The notes beneath the pieces were generated by a model, which did not search any database, was not told where the DNA came from, and saw only the letters and a program-made list of their open reading frames with translations. 45,166 bases of DNA, taken from the IMG/VR virus record IMGVR_UViG_646311924_000016. One strand, 5' to 3'. Of the stretch, positions 37,970-45,166 are shown one piece after another (the stretch's first letter is position 1; each line of letters opens with the position of its first letter). A program made the position numbers and the translations under genes. The stretch is from a virus (taxonomy: Duplodnaviria; Heunggongvirae; Uroviricota; Caudoviricetes).

Positions 37970-38101
37970 CTACAGCAATACCACAATGCCGCAGACCAGC
38001 ACCCCATCCGCCAGCACCGACATGATTCTGCTGGTGAAATCCACCATCACCACCAGAAACAGCAGGAGTGCAGCCACAGCCAGGCGCAGTTTTACCGTCA
38101 C
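37970..38101 (-). CDS. 43-aa hydrophobic peptide, translationally coupled to the upstream gene
   Basis: GTG start overlapping the upstream TGA (caGTGAcg), GGAGA RBS 7 nt upstream; 'MTVKLRLAVAALLLFLVVMVDFTSRIMSVLADGVLVCGIVVLL', predicted single or double transmembrane segment. Confidence 0.4.
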   Translation of the reverse strand: MTVKLRLAVAALLLFLVVMVDFTSRIMSVLADGVLVCGIVVLL

Positions 38102-38496
38102 TGGTGATTCTCCAGACGAAGACCCAGAACACCGGCAATCTCTTCCAGCACCTTGCGCTCTTCCGGCTCAATTATTTCTGACGTAAACGCGGACAGCGCA
38201 GGCTGATTACGCAGTACCTGTTCGATCTTCGATTTCTAGGAAGCCTCACATTCACCATCTGCACAGGCCACCAGGTAGGCAGCATTAATAACCGCCTGTG
38301 CCACTCGATTAACGCCAAGCGCTCGCTGATCAACCGCGCCACCTTCATCTGTGACACGCTGAACATCGATGTTCGGGCGCTCTTTCAAAGCCCAGAATGA
38401 TTCAGTGATTAATATCGTCGCCTGCTCCTGTGTCATTCCTGGTCGACATATCCAGGCATCCAGAGCCTCACGAGCCTGTTCAGGAGTGATTTTCAT
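38098..38496 (-). pseudogene. Hypothetical gene interrupted by an in-frame amber codon (possible TerB-like fold)
   Basis: ATG at 38494-38496 overlaps the dicC-like 3' end; 'MKITPEQAREALDAW...LVACADGECEAS' then TAG at 38236-38238, then same-frame continuation 'KSKIEQVLRNQPALSAFTSEIIEPEERKVLEEIAGVLGLRLENHQ*'. TerB-likeness is a weak recollection. Confidence 0.4.
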
Positions 38497-38734
38497 TGTT
38501 CAACCGCCCCGCCCGCTTCGTCTTACGATATTCGTCATAAACCTTGGGATCATACAGAAGCTCGCCGCCAGATGCCTCCTGTAGACGCATCGCGCGACCT
38601 TCAGGAACCAGCTCTTGCCATTGAGAAACAGCAGATGGGTCAACGCCAGCAGCTTTCGCTACTTTGGCTTTCGTACCGTAAAAATTAATTACGTCTGATT
38701 TAAACATCGCACCTCCAATATTGAGTTTTCTCAA
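38480..38734 (-). CDS. dicC: Cro-like HTH regulator, DicC-like
   Basis: HTH '...FYGTKAKVAKAAGVDPSAVSQWQ...'; divergent from dicA across a 50-bp operator region, as in Qin. Start may be the internal codon at 38707. Confidence 0.65.
   Translation of the reverse strand: MRKLNIGGAMFKSDVINFYGTKAKVAKAAGVDPSAVSQWQELVPEGRAMRLQEASGGELLYDPKVYDEYRKTKRAGRLNNENHS
38721..38733. promoter_or_regulatory. Operator-like motif copy 1 (TTGAGTTTTCTCA) in the dicC/dicA divergent region
   Basis: 13-bp motif with internal dyad ttgag / ctcaa; recurs at 39257-39269 and inverted at 39293-39305. Confidence 0.5.
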
Positions 38735-38784
38735 AGCTAATCACTCAAGGAATCTCAAGTCAAGGGTTATTAAGATATCTAAAT

Positions 38785-39192
38785 ATGAACGAGAAAACTT
38801 TAGGTCAACGCATTAGAGAAAGACGTAAGCAGGTAGGCTTAAGTCAAAACGGTTTAAGCAAAGCTGCTGGCGTATCTGGCTCATCAATTTCATTATGGGA
38901 AAGTGACCATACAGCCCCGCGTGGGCAAAATTTGCATCGCCTCGCCGAGGTATTGCAATGTTCACCAACCTGGATACTGTTTGGCGACGAGGACAAAACA
39001 CCAGCTCCCCCTGTTTCACTCGATAGTGCCTTAGACTTATCGGAAGATGAGTTAGAGATGCTGCGTTTGTATCGCGCACTTCCTAAATCAGAGCAACAAG
39101 CACAACTCAGCGAACTCCGCGCCCGCGTTGAGAATTTTAATCGCCTGTTCACCGAGCTATTAGAGGCTCGCAAACGCAACAAGCATCAATAA
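38785..39192 (+). CDS. dicA: XRE-family repressor DicA
   Basis: 135 aa; '...LQCSPTWILFGDEDK...' and overall sequence match recalled E. coli K-12 DicA (135 aa). Confidence 0.85.
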   Translation: MNEKTLGQRIRERRKQVGLSQNGLSKAAGVSGSSISLWESDHTAPRGQNLHRLAEVLQCSPTWILFGDEDKTPAPPVSLDSALDLSEDELEMLRLYRALPKSEQQAQLSELRARVENFNRLFTELLEARKRNKHQ

Positions 39193-39256
39193 TCATCCCT
39201 TCACAAAATTTTAAAGCCTTACATTTCAATGTATTGGCTTTATCTTGCGCCAATAC

Positions 39257-39305
39257 TTGAGTTTTCTCATCAAAAAATCTTGACGAAAAATAATGAGAAA
39301 ACTAA
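39257..39305. promoter_or_regulatory. Operator motif copies 2 and 3 flanking a promoter-like element upstream of ydfA
   Basis: 'ttgagttttctca' (39257-39269), -35-like 'ttgacg' (39279-39284), 17-nt spacer, -10-like 'taaatt' (39302-39307) overlapping inverted motif 'tgagaaaactaa' (39293-39305). Confidence 0.45.
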
Positions 39306-39384
39306 ATTACCTCCATCAACACACCGCACGGTGTTCTCAGCAAACAGTTCCGCTACCCCGGCGTTAAGGGGAAATGAGGTCAGC

Positions 39385-39537
39385 ATGGATACTATCGATC
39401 TTGGCAACAGCGAATCTCTGGTATGTGGCGTGTTCCCCAACCAGGACGGTACGTTCACCGCGATGACATATACCAAAAGCAAAACGTTTAAAACCGAATC
39501 TGGCGCGCGTTGCTGGTTAGCCAGAAACACTGACTGA
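39385..39537 (+). CDS. ydfA: YdfA-like small protein
   Basis: 50 aa 'MDTIDLGNSESLVCGVFPNQDGTFTAMTYTKSKTFKTESGARCWLARNTD' matches recalled K-12 YdfA; GAGG RBS. Confidence 0.7.
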   Translation: MDTIDLGNSESLVCGVFPNQDGTFTAMTYTKSKTFKTESGARCWLARNTD

Positions 39538-39548
39538 TGAGGCTGACG

Positions 39549-39914
39549 ATGGAATTTAAAGATTTACCGTCTGATGTACAGAAAACAGCAGCTCATACAT
39601 TGCATTCTGTGCTGCGAGAAATCGGGAAAGATATTGCAAGCGAGCCAGCAAAAGATCTGGCCCGGAAAATCAAGACCGCTTTCGTTGAGCTTTATAATGT
39701 TGGCACTGACTCTGAAACTGTCGAGACCAAGACCGTAAGTTCACCAATATTCTCACTTGAGCCAGGCGTATTAGCAGGTGAAATGTGCACCGAGATTTCC
39801 AGCGAACTGCTTCCGGTAATACGAGAAGCAATTTGCCGTCGCGGTTTGGATGGAAGTTACGATCATGACGTCCTGCAAGTTCTCAGGACAATGGTGACTT
39901 CACTGGGGATTTGA
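39549..39914 (+). CDS. Hypothetical protein (121 aa)
   Basis: ATG at 39549 with GAGG RBS; acidic; no recognisable motif. Confidence 0.45.
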   Translation: MEFKDLPSDVQKTAAHTLHSVLREIGKDIASEPAKDLARKIKTAFVELYNVGTDSETVETKTVSSPIFSLEPGVLAGEMCTEISSELLPVIREAICRRGLDGSYDHDVLQVLRTMVTSLGI

Positions 39915-40083
39915 TCCCTGCGTCCTCTAACCTTTTGATATAGCGGTCCTCCAAGAAGCGGTAAATTTTGTCGAAATCATCTTTCCCCTCTGGTTTATTC
40001 AGAGGATTACAGGACCCGTAAGTAGCGGCATACATTTCAACCGTTTTATCAAAAATATAAGAGACAAATTCTTCTTTAGTCAT
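39883..40083 (-). CDS. Hypothetical protein (66 aa), convergent with and overlapping 39549..39914
   Basis: ATG at 40081-40083 with AAGGA RBS; 'MTKEEFVSYIFDKTVEMYAATYGSCNPLNKPEGKDDFDKIYRFLEDRYIKRLEDAGIKSPVKSPLS'. Confidence 0.4.
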   Translation of the reverse strand: MTKEEFVSYIFDKTVEMYAATYGSCNPLNKPEGKDDFDKIYRFLEDRYIKRLEDAGIKSPVKSPLS

Positions 40084-40357
40084 ATAGATTTCCTTCTTGG
40101 TTATTCGGAATAAGAAGGATACCACCTCGCCTGACGTGGTTAAAAGCAGGCACACAACACGAAAGCGCACGGCGAAGTTCGTCTCACTGTACGGTGTCGT
40201 TAAATTTAATTCGACCGTGCGCTTCCGGTTGTGGCAACCCGCGAAATGGCGCGGCGGTAAGTATGGCGGGGTTATTCCTTCCCCGTTGAGGACACCGGGT
40301 TGTCAGGTTGACCATACGCTTAAGTGACAACCCCGCTGCAACGCCCTCTGTTATCAA

Positions 40358-40416
40358 TTTTCTGGTGACGTTTGGCGGTATCAGTTTTACTCCGTGACTG
40401 CTCTGCCGCCGTTTTT
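40358..40416 (+). ncRNA. dicF: DicF small RNA (cell-division inhibitor sRNA) with terminator
   Basis: 'tttctggtgacgtttggcggtatcagttttactccgtgactgctctgccgccgttttt' matches the recalled 53-nt DicF sequence; located upstream of dicB as in Qin. Confidence 0.75.
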
Positions 40417-40585
40417 AAAGTGAATTTTGTGATGCGGTGAATGCGGCTAAGCGCACGCGGAACAGTTAAAACCAAAAACAGTGTTATGGGTGGATTCTCT
40501 GTATCCGGCGTTAATTGTTAACTGGTTAACGTCACCTGGAGGCACCAGGCACTGCATCACAAAATTCATTGTTGAGGACGCGATA

Positions 40586-40774
40586 ATGAAAACGTTATTA
40601 CCAAACGTTAATACGTCTGAAGGTTGTTTTGAAATTGGTGTCACTATCAGTAACCCTGTATTTACTGAAGATGCCATTAACAAGAGAAAACAAGAACGGG
40701 AGCTATTAAATAAAATATGCATTGTTTCAATGCTGGCTCGTTTACGTCTGATGCCAAAAGGATGTGCACAATGA
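40586..40774 (+). CDS. dicB: Cell division inhibitor DicB
   Basis: 62 aa 'MKTLLPNVNTSEGCFEIGVTISNPVFTEDAINKRKQERELLNKICIVSMLARLRLMPKGCAQ' matches recalled K-12 DicB; GAGGA RBS. Confidence 0.9.
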   Translation: MKTLLPNVNTSEGCFEIGVTISNPVFTEDAINKRKQERELLNKICIVSMLARLRLMPKGCAQ

Positions 40775-40962
40775 ATTCAGCATTTGCGCTTGTTCTGACA
40801 GTTTTTCTTGTTTCCGGAGAGCCAGTTGATATTGCAGTCAGTGTTCACAGGACAATGCAGGAGTGTATGACTGCAGCAACCGAACAGAAAATTCCCGGTA
40901 ACTGTTACCCGGTCGATAAAGTTATTCACCAGGATAATATCGAAATCCCGGCAGGTCTTTAA
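40771..40962 (+). CDS. ydfD: YdfD-like small membrane protein
   Basis: 63 aa 'MNSAFALVLTVFLVSGEPVDIAVSVHRTMQECMTAATEQKIPGNCYPVDKVIHQDNIEIPAGL'; start overlaps dicB stop (ATGA). Confidence 0.85.
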   Translation: MNSAFALVLTVFLVSGEPVDIAVSVHRTMQECMTAATEQKIPGNCYPVDKVIHQDNIEIPAGL

Positions 40963-41055
40963 AACAGTTCCGTAATAAATATCCGGTTTCATTCTTATAT
41001 GCCAGCAATGGCAGGGATTTGTTCATCCTTAAATCTGTCATGAGGTTAAAACAAA

Positions 41056-43527
41056 ATGAGTAAAGTCTTTATTTGCGCCGCTATTCCTGACGAACTGGCA
41101 ACAAGGGAAGAAGGCGCTGTGGCTGTAGCCACAGCCATTGAAGCTGGCGACGAACGCCGTGCTCGAGCAAAATTTCACTGGCAGTTCCTGGAACATTATC
41201 CGGCTGCTCAGGACTGCGCTTATAAATTTATTGTCTGCGAGGATAAACCTGGCATACCCCGCCCTGCCCTCGATTCATGGGATGCTGAATATATGCAGGA
41301 AAACCGCTGGGATGAGGAATCCGCTTCCTTTATTCCGGTCGAACCAGAATCCGATCCGATGAACGTCAATTTTGACAAGCTGTCCCTTGAAGTACAGAAC
41401 GCGGTCCTGGTTAAGTTCGGTACATGTGAAAACATCACCGTTGATATGGCGATTGACGCGCAGGAATTACTGCAGGAAGACGTTGCTACCTTTGACGGGC
41501 ATATCGTTGAAGCACTGATGAAAACGCCTGAAATTAACGCTATGTATCCGGAACGCAAACTGTTCGCTATCGGATGGGTTAAACACAAATGTAATCCGGG
41601 TGCCAAATGGCCCGAAATTCAGGCTGAATTACGTAACTGGAAAAAACGGCAGGACGCAGAGCGCAAAGAGACTGGAAAATACACGTCTGTTGTTGATCTC
41701 GCCAGCGCCAGAGTCAATCAACAGCACACTGAAAACTCAGCAGGAAAAATCAACCCAGTCACTGCCGCCATTTGTCGCGAATACAAGCAGACATGGAAAA
41801 CGCTGGATGAAGAACTGGCCTACGCTCTCTGGCCTGGTGATGTGGATGCCGGAAACATTGACGGCAGCATCCATCGCTGGGCAAAAAATGAAGTTATCGA
41901 CAACGACCGCGAAGACTGGAAGCGTATCTCGGCATCAATGCGCAAACAGCCTGATGCCCTTCGCTACGACCGCCAGACTATTTTTGGCCTTGTCCGTGAA
42001 CGTCCGATCGACATTCACAAAGACCCTGTGGCACTGAACAAATACATTACTGAATACCTGACTACAAAGGGCGTGTTTGAGAATGAAGAAACAGACCTGG
42101 GCACTGTTGATGTTCTCCAGTCATCAGAAACACAAACTGATGCAGTGGAAACTGAGGTATCTGATATCCCAAAAAATGAAACCGCGCCGGAAGCTGAACC
42201 ATCTGTAGAGCGTGAGGGGCCGTTCTATTTCCTCTTCGCAGATAAGGACGGAGAAAAATACGGTCGCGCAAACAAACTTTCTGGTCTGGATAAGGCACTG
42301 GCTGCTGGCGCCACTGAAATCACAAAAGAAGAATATTTTGCCCGAAAAAATGGCACATACACGGGCTTACCGCAAAATGTAGATACCGCTGAAGATTCAG
42401 AACAACCAGAGCCGATAAAAGTTACCGCTGACGAAGTAAACAAAATTATGCAGGCAGCCAATATCAGCCAGCCTGACGCCGATAAGTTGCTTGCTGCATC
42501 ACGTGGTGAATTTGTTGAAGGGATTAGTGACCCGAATGATCCGAAATGGGTAAAGGGGATTGAAACCCGCGATTCTGTAAACCAGAACCAGCAAGAATCG
42601 GAACAGAACGACCAGAAAGCGGAACAAAACAGCCCAAATACGCAACAAAACGAGCCAGAAACGAAACAACCTGAGCCAGTAGCGCAACAGGAACCGGAAA
42701 AAGTCTGCACCGCCTGCGGTCAGACCGGCGGCGGCAACTGCCCTGATTGTGGCGCGGTGATGGGCGACGCAACATATCAAGAAACATTCGATGAAGAATA
42801 TCAGGTTGAAGTTCAGGAAGATGATCCGGAGGAAATGGAAGGCGCTGAACATCCACACAAGGAGAACACTGGCGGCAATCAGCATCACAATAGCGATAAT
42901 GAAACTGGCGAGACGGCAGATCACTCAATTAAGGTGAACGGTCATCAAGAAATCACATCCACCAGCAGGACGTGTGACCATCTAATGATCGACCTTGAAA
43001 CCATGGGAAAAAATCCTGATGCCCCGATCATCTCAATAGGTGCAATATTTTTCGATCCGCAAACCGGAGATATGGGACCGGAATTTAGTAAGACTATCGA
43101 TCTGGAAACTGCTGGCGGAGTCATTGATCGGAACACCATTAAATGGTGGCTTAAGCAATCACGCGAAGCGCAATCTGCCATTATGACCGATGAAATCCCG
43201 TTAGATGATGCACTGTTACAATTGCGGGAATTTATCGACGAAAACTCCGGTGAATTTTTTGTTCAGGTTTGGGGAAATGGAGCCAACTTCGACAACACGA
43301 TTTTGCGCCGTTCATACGAACGGCAGGGGATCCCCTGCCCGTGGCGTTACTACAACGATCGCGATGTACGCACAATCGTTGAGCTGGGGAAAGCCATAGA
43401 CTTCGATGCCAGAACGGCTATTCCATTCGAAGGTGAGCGCCATAATGCACTTGATGACGCCCGTTACCAGGCAAAATACGTTTCAGTTATCTGGCAAAAA
43501 CTGATCCCGAGTCAGGCTGATTCTTAA
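41056..43527 (+). CDS. Large putative exonuclease (C-terminal DnaQ-like DEDDh 3'-5' exonuclease domain, internal zinc ribbon)
   Basis: 823 aa; C-terminus 'LMIDLETMGKNP...ISIGAIFFD', 'VWGNGANFDNTIL', 'HNALDDARYQAKY' fit Exo I/II/III motifs; 'CTACGQTGGGNCPDCG' zinc ribbon; acidic Q/E-rich linker. Confidence 0.6.
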   Translation: MSKVFICAAIPDELATREEGAVAVATAIEAGDERRARAKFHWQFLEHYPAAQDCAYKFIVCEDKPGIPRPALDSWDAEYMQENRWDEESASFIPVEPESDPMNVNFDKLSLEVQNAVLVKFGTCENITVDMAIDAQELLQEDVATFDGHIVEALMKTPEINAMYPERKLFAIGWVKHKCNPGAKWPEIQAELRNWKKRQDAERKETGKYTSVVDLASARVNQQHTENSAGKINPVTAAICREYKQTWKTLDEELAYALWPGDVDAGNIDGSIHRWAKNEVIDNDREDWKRISASMRKQPDALRYDRQTIFGLVRERPIDIHKDPVALNKYITEYLTTKGVFENEETDLGTVDVLQSSETQTDAVETEVSDIPKNETAPEAEPSVEREGPFYFLFADKDGEKYGRANKLSGLDKALAAGATEITKEEYFARKNGTYTGLPQNVDTAEDSEQPEPIKVTADEVNKIMQAANISQPDADKLLAASRGEFVEGISDPNDPKWVKGIETRDSVNQNQQESEQNDQKAEQNSPNTQQNEPETKQPEPVAQQEPEKVCTACGQTGGGNCPDCGAVMGDATYQETFDEEYQVEVQEDDPEEMEGAEHPHKENTGGNQHHNSDNETGETADHSIKVNGHQEITSTSRTCDHLMIDLETMGKNPDAPIISIGAIFFDPQTGDMGPEFSKTIDLETAGGVIDRNTIKWWLKQSREAQSAIMTDEIPLDDALLQLREFIDENSGEFFVQVWGNGANFDNTILRRSYERQGIPCPWRYYNDRDVRTIVELGKAIDFDARTAIPFEGERHNALDDARYQAKYVSVIWQKLIPSQADS

Positions 43528-43599
43528 TGTTCAACTGTCGCCGGTTGTGACTGGTATTCTGCAACCGGCGCTCGTCTGATGTAAGAGATAAAGAAATCG

Positions 43600-43851
43600 A
43601 TGAGCGAAGTAATCATGATTGTCTCTCCCGGCAAATGGGTATCCGAAGAGCAGTTAATTGCGCTGAAAGGAATAAAAAAAGGTACGTTAAAAAAGGCCCG
43701 GGAAAAATCGTTTATGGAAGGAAGGGAATATAAGCATGTCGCTCATGACGGTATGCCATGGGATAACAGTCCATGCTTTTACAACCTGGAAGAAATTGAT
43801 CGCTGGATTGAGCGCCAGGCATCAGCGAGACCAAGACGTCATCTTACTTGA
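43600..43851 (+). CDS. Putative excisionase / small DNA-binding protein
   Basis: 83-aa ORF immediately upstream of the integrase; identification by position and size only. Confidence 0.4.
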   Translation: MSEVIMIVSPGKWVSEEQLIALKGIKKGTLKKAREKSFMEGREYKHVAHDGMPWDNSPCFYNLEEIDRWIERQASARPRRHLT

Positions 43852-43870
43852 CTAAAAGCCACACTAACTA

Positions 43871-45166
43871 ATGAGAGAAGTTGAAATGAAATATCCGACA
43901 GGCGTGGAAAACCATGGAGGGAAATTACGTATCTGGTTTGTTTATAAAGGCGTAAGAGTCAGGGAAAATCTGGGGGTTCCTGACACAGCAAAAAACAGGC
44001 GCGTTGCAGGTGAACTACGCTCCTCTGTTTGTTACGCAATAAAAACTGGTGTTTTCGACTATGCAAAACAGTTTCCCTCCTCACGCAATCTGGAAAAATT
44101 TGGTGAGGCCCGACAAGATTTAACCATAAAAGAACTGGCTGAAAAATTTCTGGCACTGAAAGAAAATGAAGTCGCCAAAACATCACTCAACACATACCGT
44201 GCCGTCATCAAAAATATCCTGAGCATAATCGGTGAAAAAAATCTTGCCTCATCGATTAATAAAGAAAAATTACTGGAGGTTCGTAAAGAGCTACTGACTG
44301 GATACCAGATCCCCAAAAGTAACTATATTGTTACACAACCAGGGAGATCGGCTGTAACTGTAAATAATTACATGACAAATCTTAACGCCGTGTTCCAGTT
44401 TGGTGTTGATAACGGTTACCTGGCAGATAATCCGTTTAAGGGGATCTCGCCATTAAAGGAATCAAGAACCATTCCGGATCCTCTTTCGCGGGAGGAATTT
44501 ATCCGTCTTATCGATGCGTGCAGAAATCAGCAAGCAAAAAATTTATGGTGTGTTTCTGTTTATACTGGCGTTCGCCCTGGTGAGCTGTGTGCACTTGGAT
44601 GGGAGGACATAGATCTGAAAAATGGAACAATGATGATCAGGAGAAATTTAGCAAAAGACCGTTTCACGGTACCAAAAACACAGGCGGGAACCAATCGGGT
44701 CATTCATCTTATTAAGCCAGCAATCGACGCTCTCCGGAGTCAGATGACATTAACGAGACTGAGTAAAGAGCATATCATTGATGTTCACCTCAAAGAGTAT
44801 GGCAGAACAGAAAAACAAAAATGCACCTTTGTTTTTCAACCTGAAGTGTCAGCGAGAGTAAAAAATTATGGTGACCATTTTACCGTTGACTCAATAAGGC
44901 AGATGTGGGACGCAGCGATAAAACGTGCCGGACTCCGCCATCGAAAATCATATCAGTCGAGACATACTTATGCCTGCTGGTCGCTGACAGCTGGTGCTAA
45001 CCCGGCATTTATAGCAAACCAGATGGGCCATGCAGATGCGCAAATGGTATTTCAGGTATACGGAAAATGGATGTCTGAAAACAATAATGCACAGGTAGCT
45101 TTGTTAAATACACAGTTAAGCGAGTTTGCCCCAACCATGCCCCATAACGAAGCAATAAAAAATTAA
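43871..45166 (+). CDS. int: Tyrosine recombinase / phage integrase
   Basis: 431 aa (or 426 from ATG at 43886); catalytic-domain pattern '...RHTYACWSLTAGANPAFIANQMGHADAQMVFQVYGKWM' (R...H..R...Y region); stop at 45164-45166 at the window edge. Confidence 0.85.
   Translation: MREVEMKYPTGVENHGGKLRIWFVYKGVRVRENLGVPDTAKNRRVAGELRSSVCYAIKTGVFDYAKQFPSSRNLEKFGEARQDLTIKELAEKFLALKENEVAKTSLNTYRAVIKNILSIIGEKNLASSINKEKLLEVRKELLTGYQIPKSNYIVTQPGRSAVTVNNYMTNLNAVFQFGVDNGYLADNPFKGISPLKESRTIPDPLSREEFIRLIDACRNQQAKNLWCVSVYTGVRPGELCALGWEDIDLKNGTMMIRRNLAKDRFTVPKTQAGTNRVIHLIKPAIDALRSQMTLTRLSKEHIIDVHLKEYGRTEKQKCTFVFQPEVSARVKNYGDHFTVDSIRQMWDAAIKRAGLRHRKSYQSRHTYACWSLTAGANPAFIANQMGHADAQMVFQVYGKWMSENNNAQVALLNTQLSEFAPTMPHNEAIKN

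Noticed and set aside
37523-38500. Searched for stx genes, a Q antiterminator and tRNA genes in the position they occupy in Stx phages
   Set aside because: No ORF resembling StxA/StxB or Q and no tRNA-like cloverleaf found; region holds only the small operon and terminators described.
40097-40327. 76-aa basic ORF upstream of DicF (possible ydfC equivalent)
   Set aside because: Starts with TTG, no RBS, strongly basic low-complexity sequence; region more likely the untranslated precursor from which DicF is processed. Could be revisited with a K-12 alignment.

Overview
This 45.2-kb window reads as one mosaic, almost certainly defective lambdoid prophage with type III effector cargo, typical of attaching-and-effacing E. 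coli (EHEC/EPEC-like). All calls rest on reading the six-frame translations and raw sequence against recalled protein families; no database search was run, so boundaries and family names are provisional. Layout, right to left on the minus strand: (i) 43.6-45.2 kb, excisionase-like gene and a tyrosine integrase ending at the window edge; (ii) 38.5-43.5 kb, a Qin-like early/immunity region (dicC, dicA, ydfA, DicF sRNA, dicB, ydfD) plus an 823-aa putative exonuclease; (iii) 35.7-38.5 kb, a small dicC-coupled operon ending in a 43-aa hydrophobic peptide, paired terminators, and nanS-p at the position Stx phages use for stx (no stx, no Q, no O/P replication genes seen); (iv) 33.0-35.3 kb, a pinholin / SAR-endolysin / Rz-Rz1 lysis cassette with three extra small genes; (v) 23.4-32.4 kb, HNH endonuclease, cos-like repeats, TerS, TerL, protease-capsid fusion, portal, a tandem-repeat protein and head-tail joining genes; (vi) 8.3-23.4 kb, lambda-type tail genes V, G/T (with -1 frameshift site), H split by an IS91-family insertion, M, L, K, I, J, lom and a collagen-like side tail fiber; (vii) 1-8.2 kb, an AT-rich effector locus with nleG (two copies plus a fragment), espM, nleH, a disrupted nleF, IS630- and IS256-family remnants and a lambda-type integrase remnant bracketed by 122-bp direct repeats. 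No single element can be named with confidence as an undescribed system. The best candidates for follow-up are the dicC-coupled operon ending in a 43-aa membrane peptide, the promoter-terminator units that look like small RNAs (I-J intergenic and the tandem pair between nanS-p and the holin), the antisense RHH gene inside the late operon, and the extra genes in the lysis cassette.
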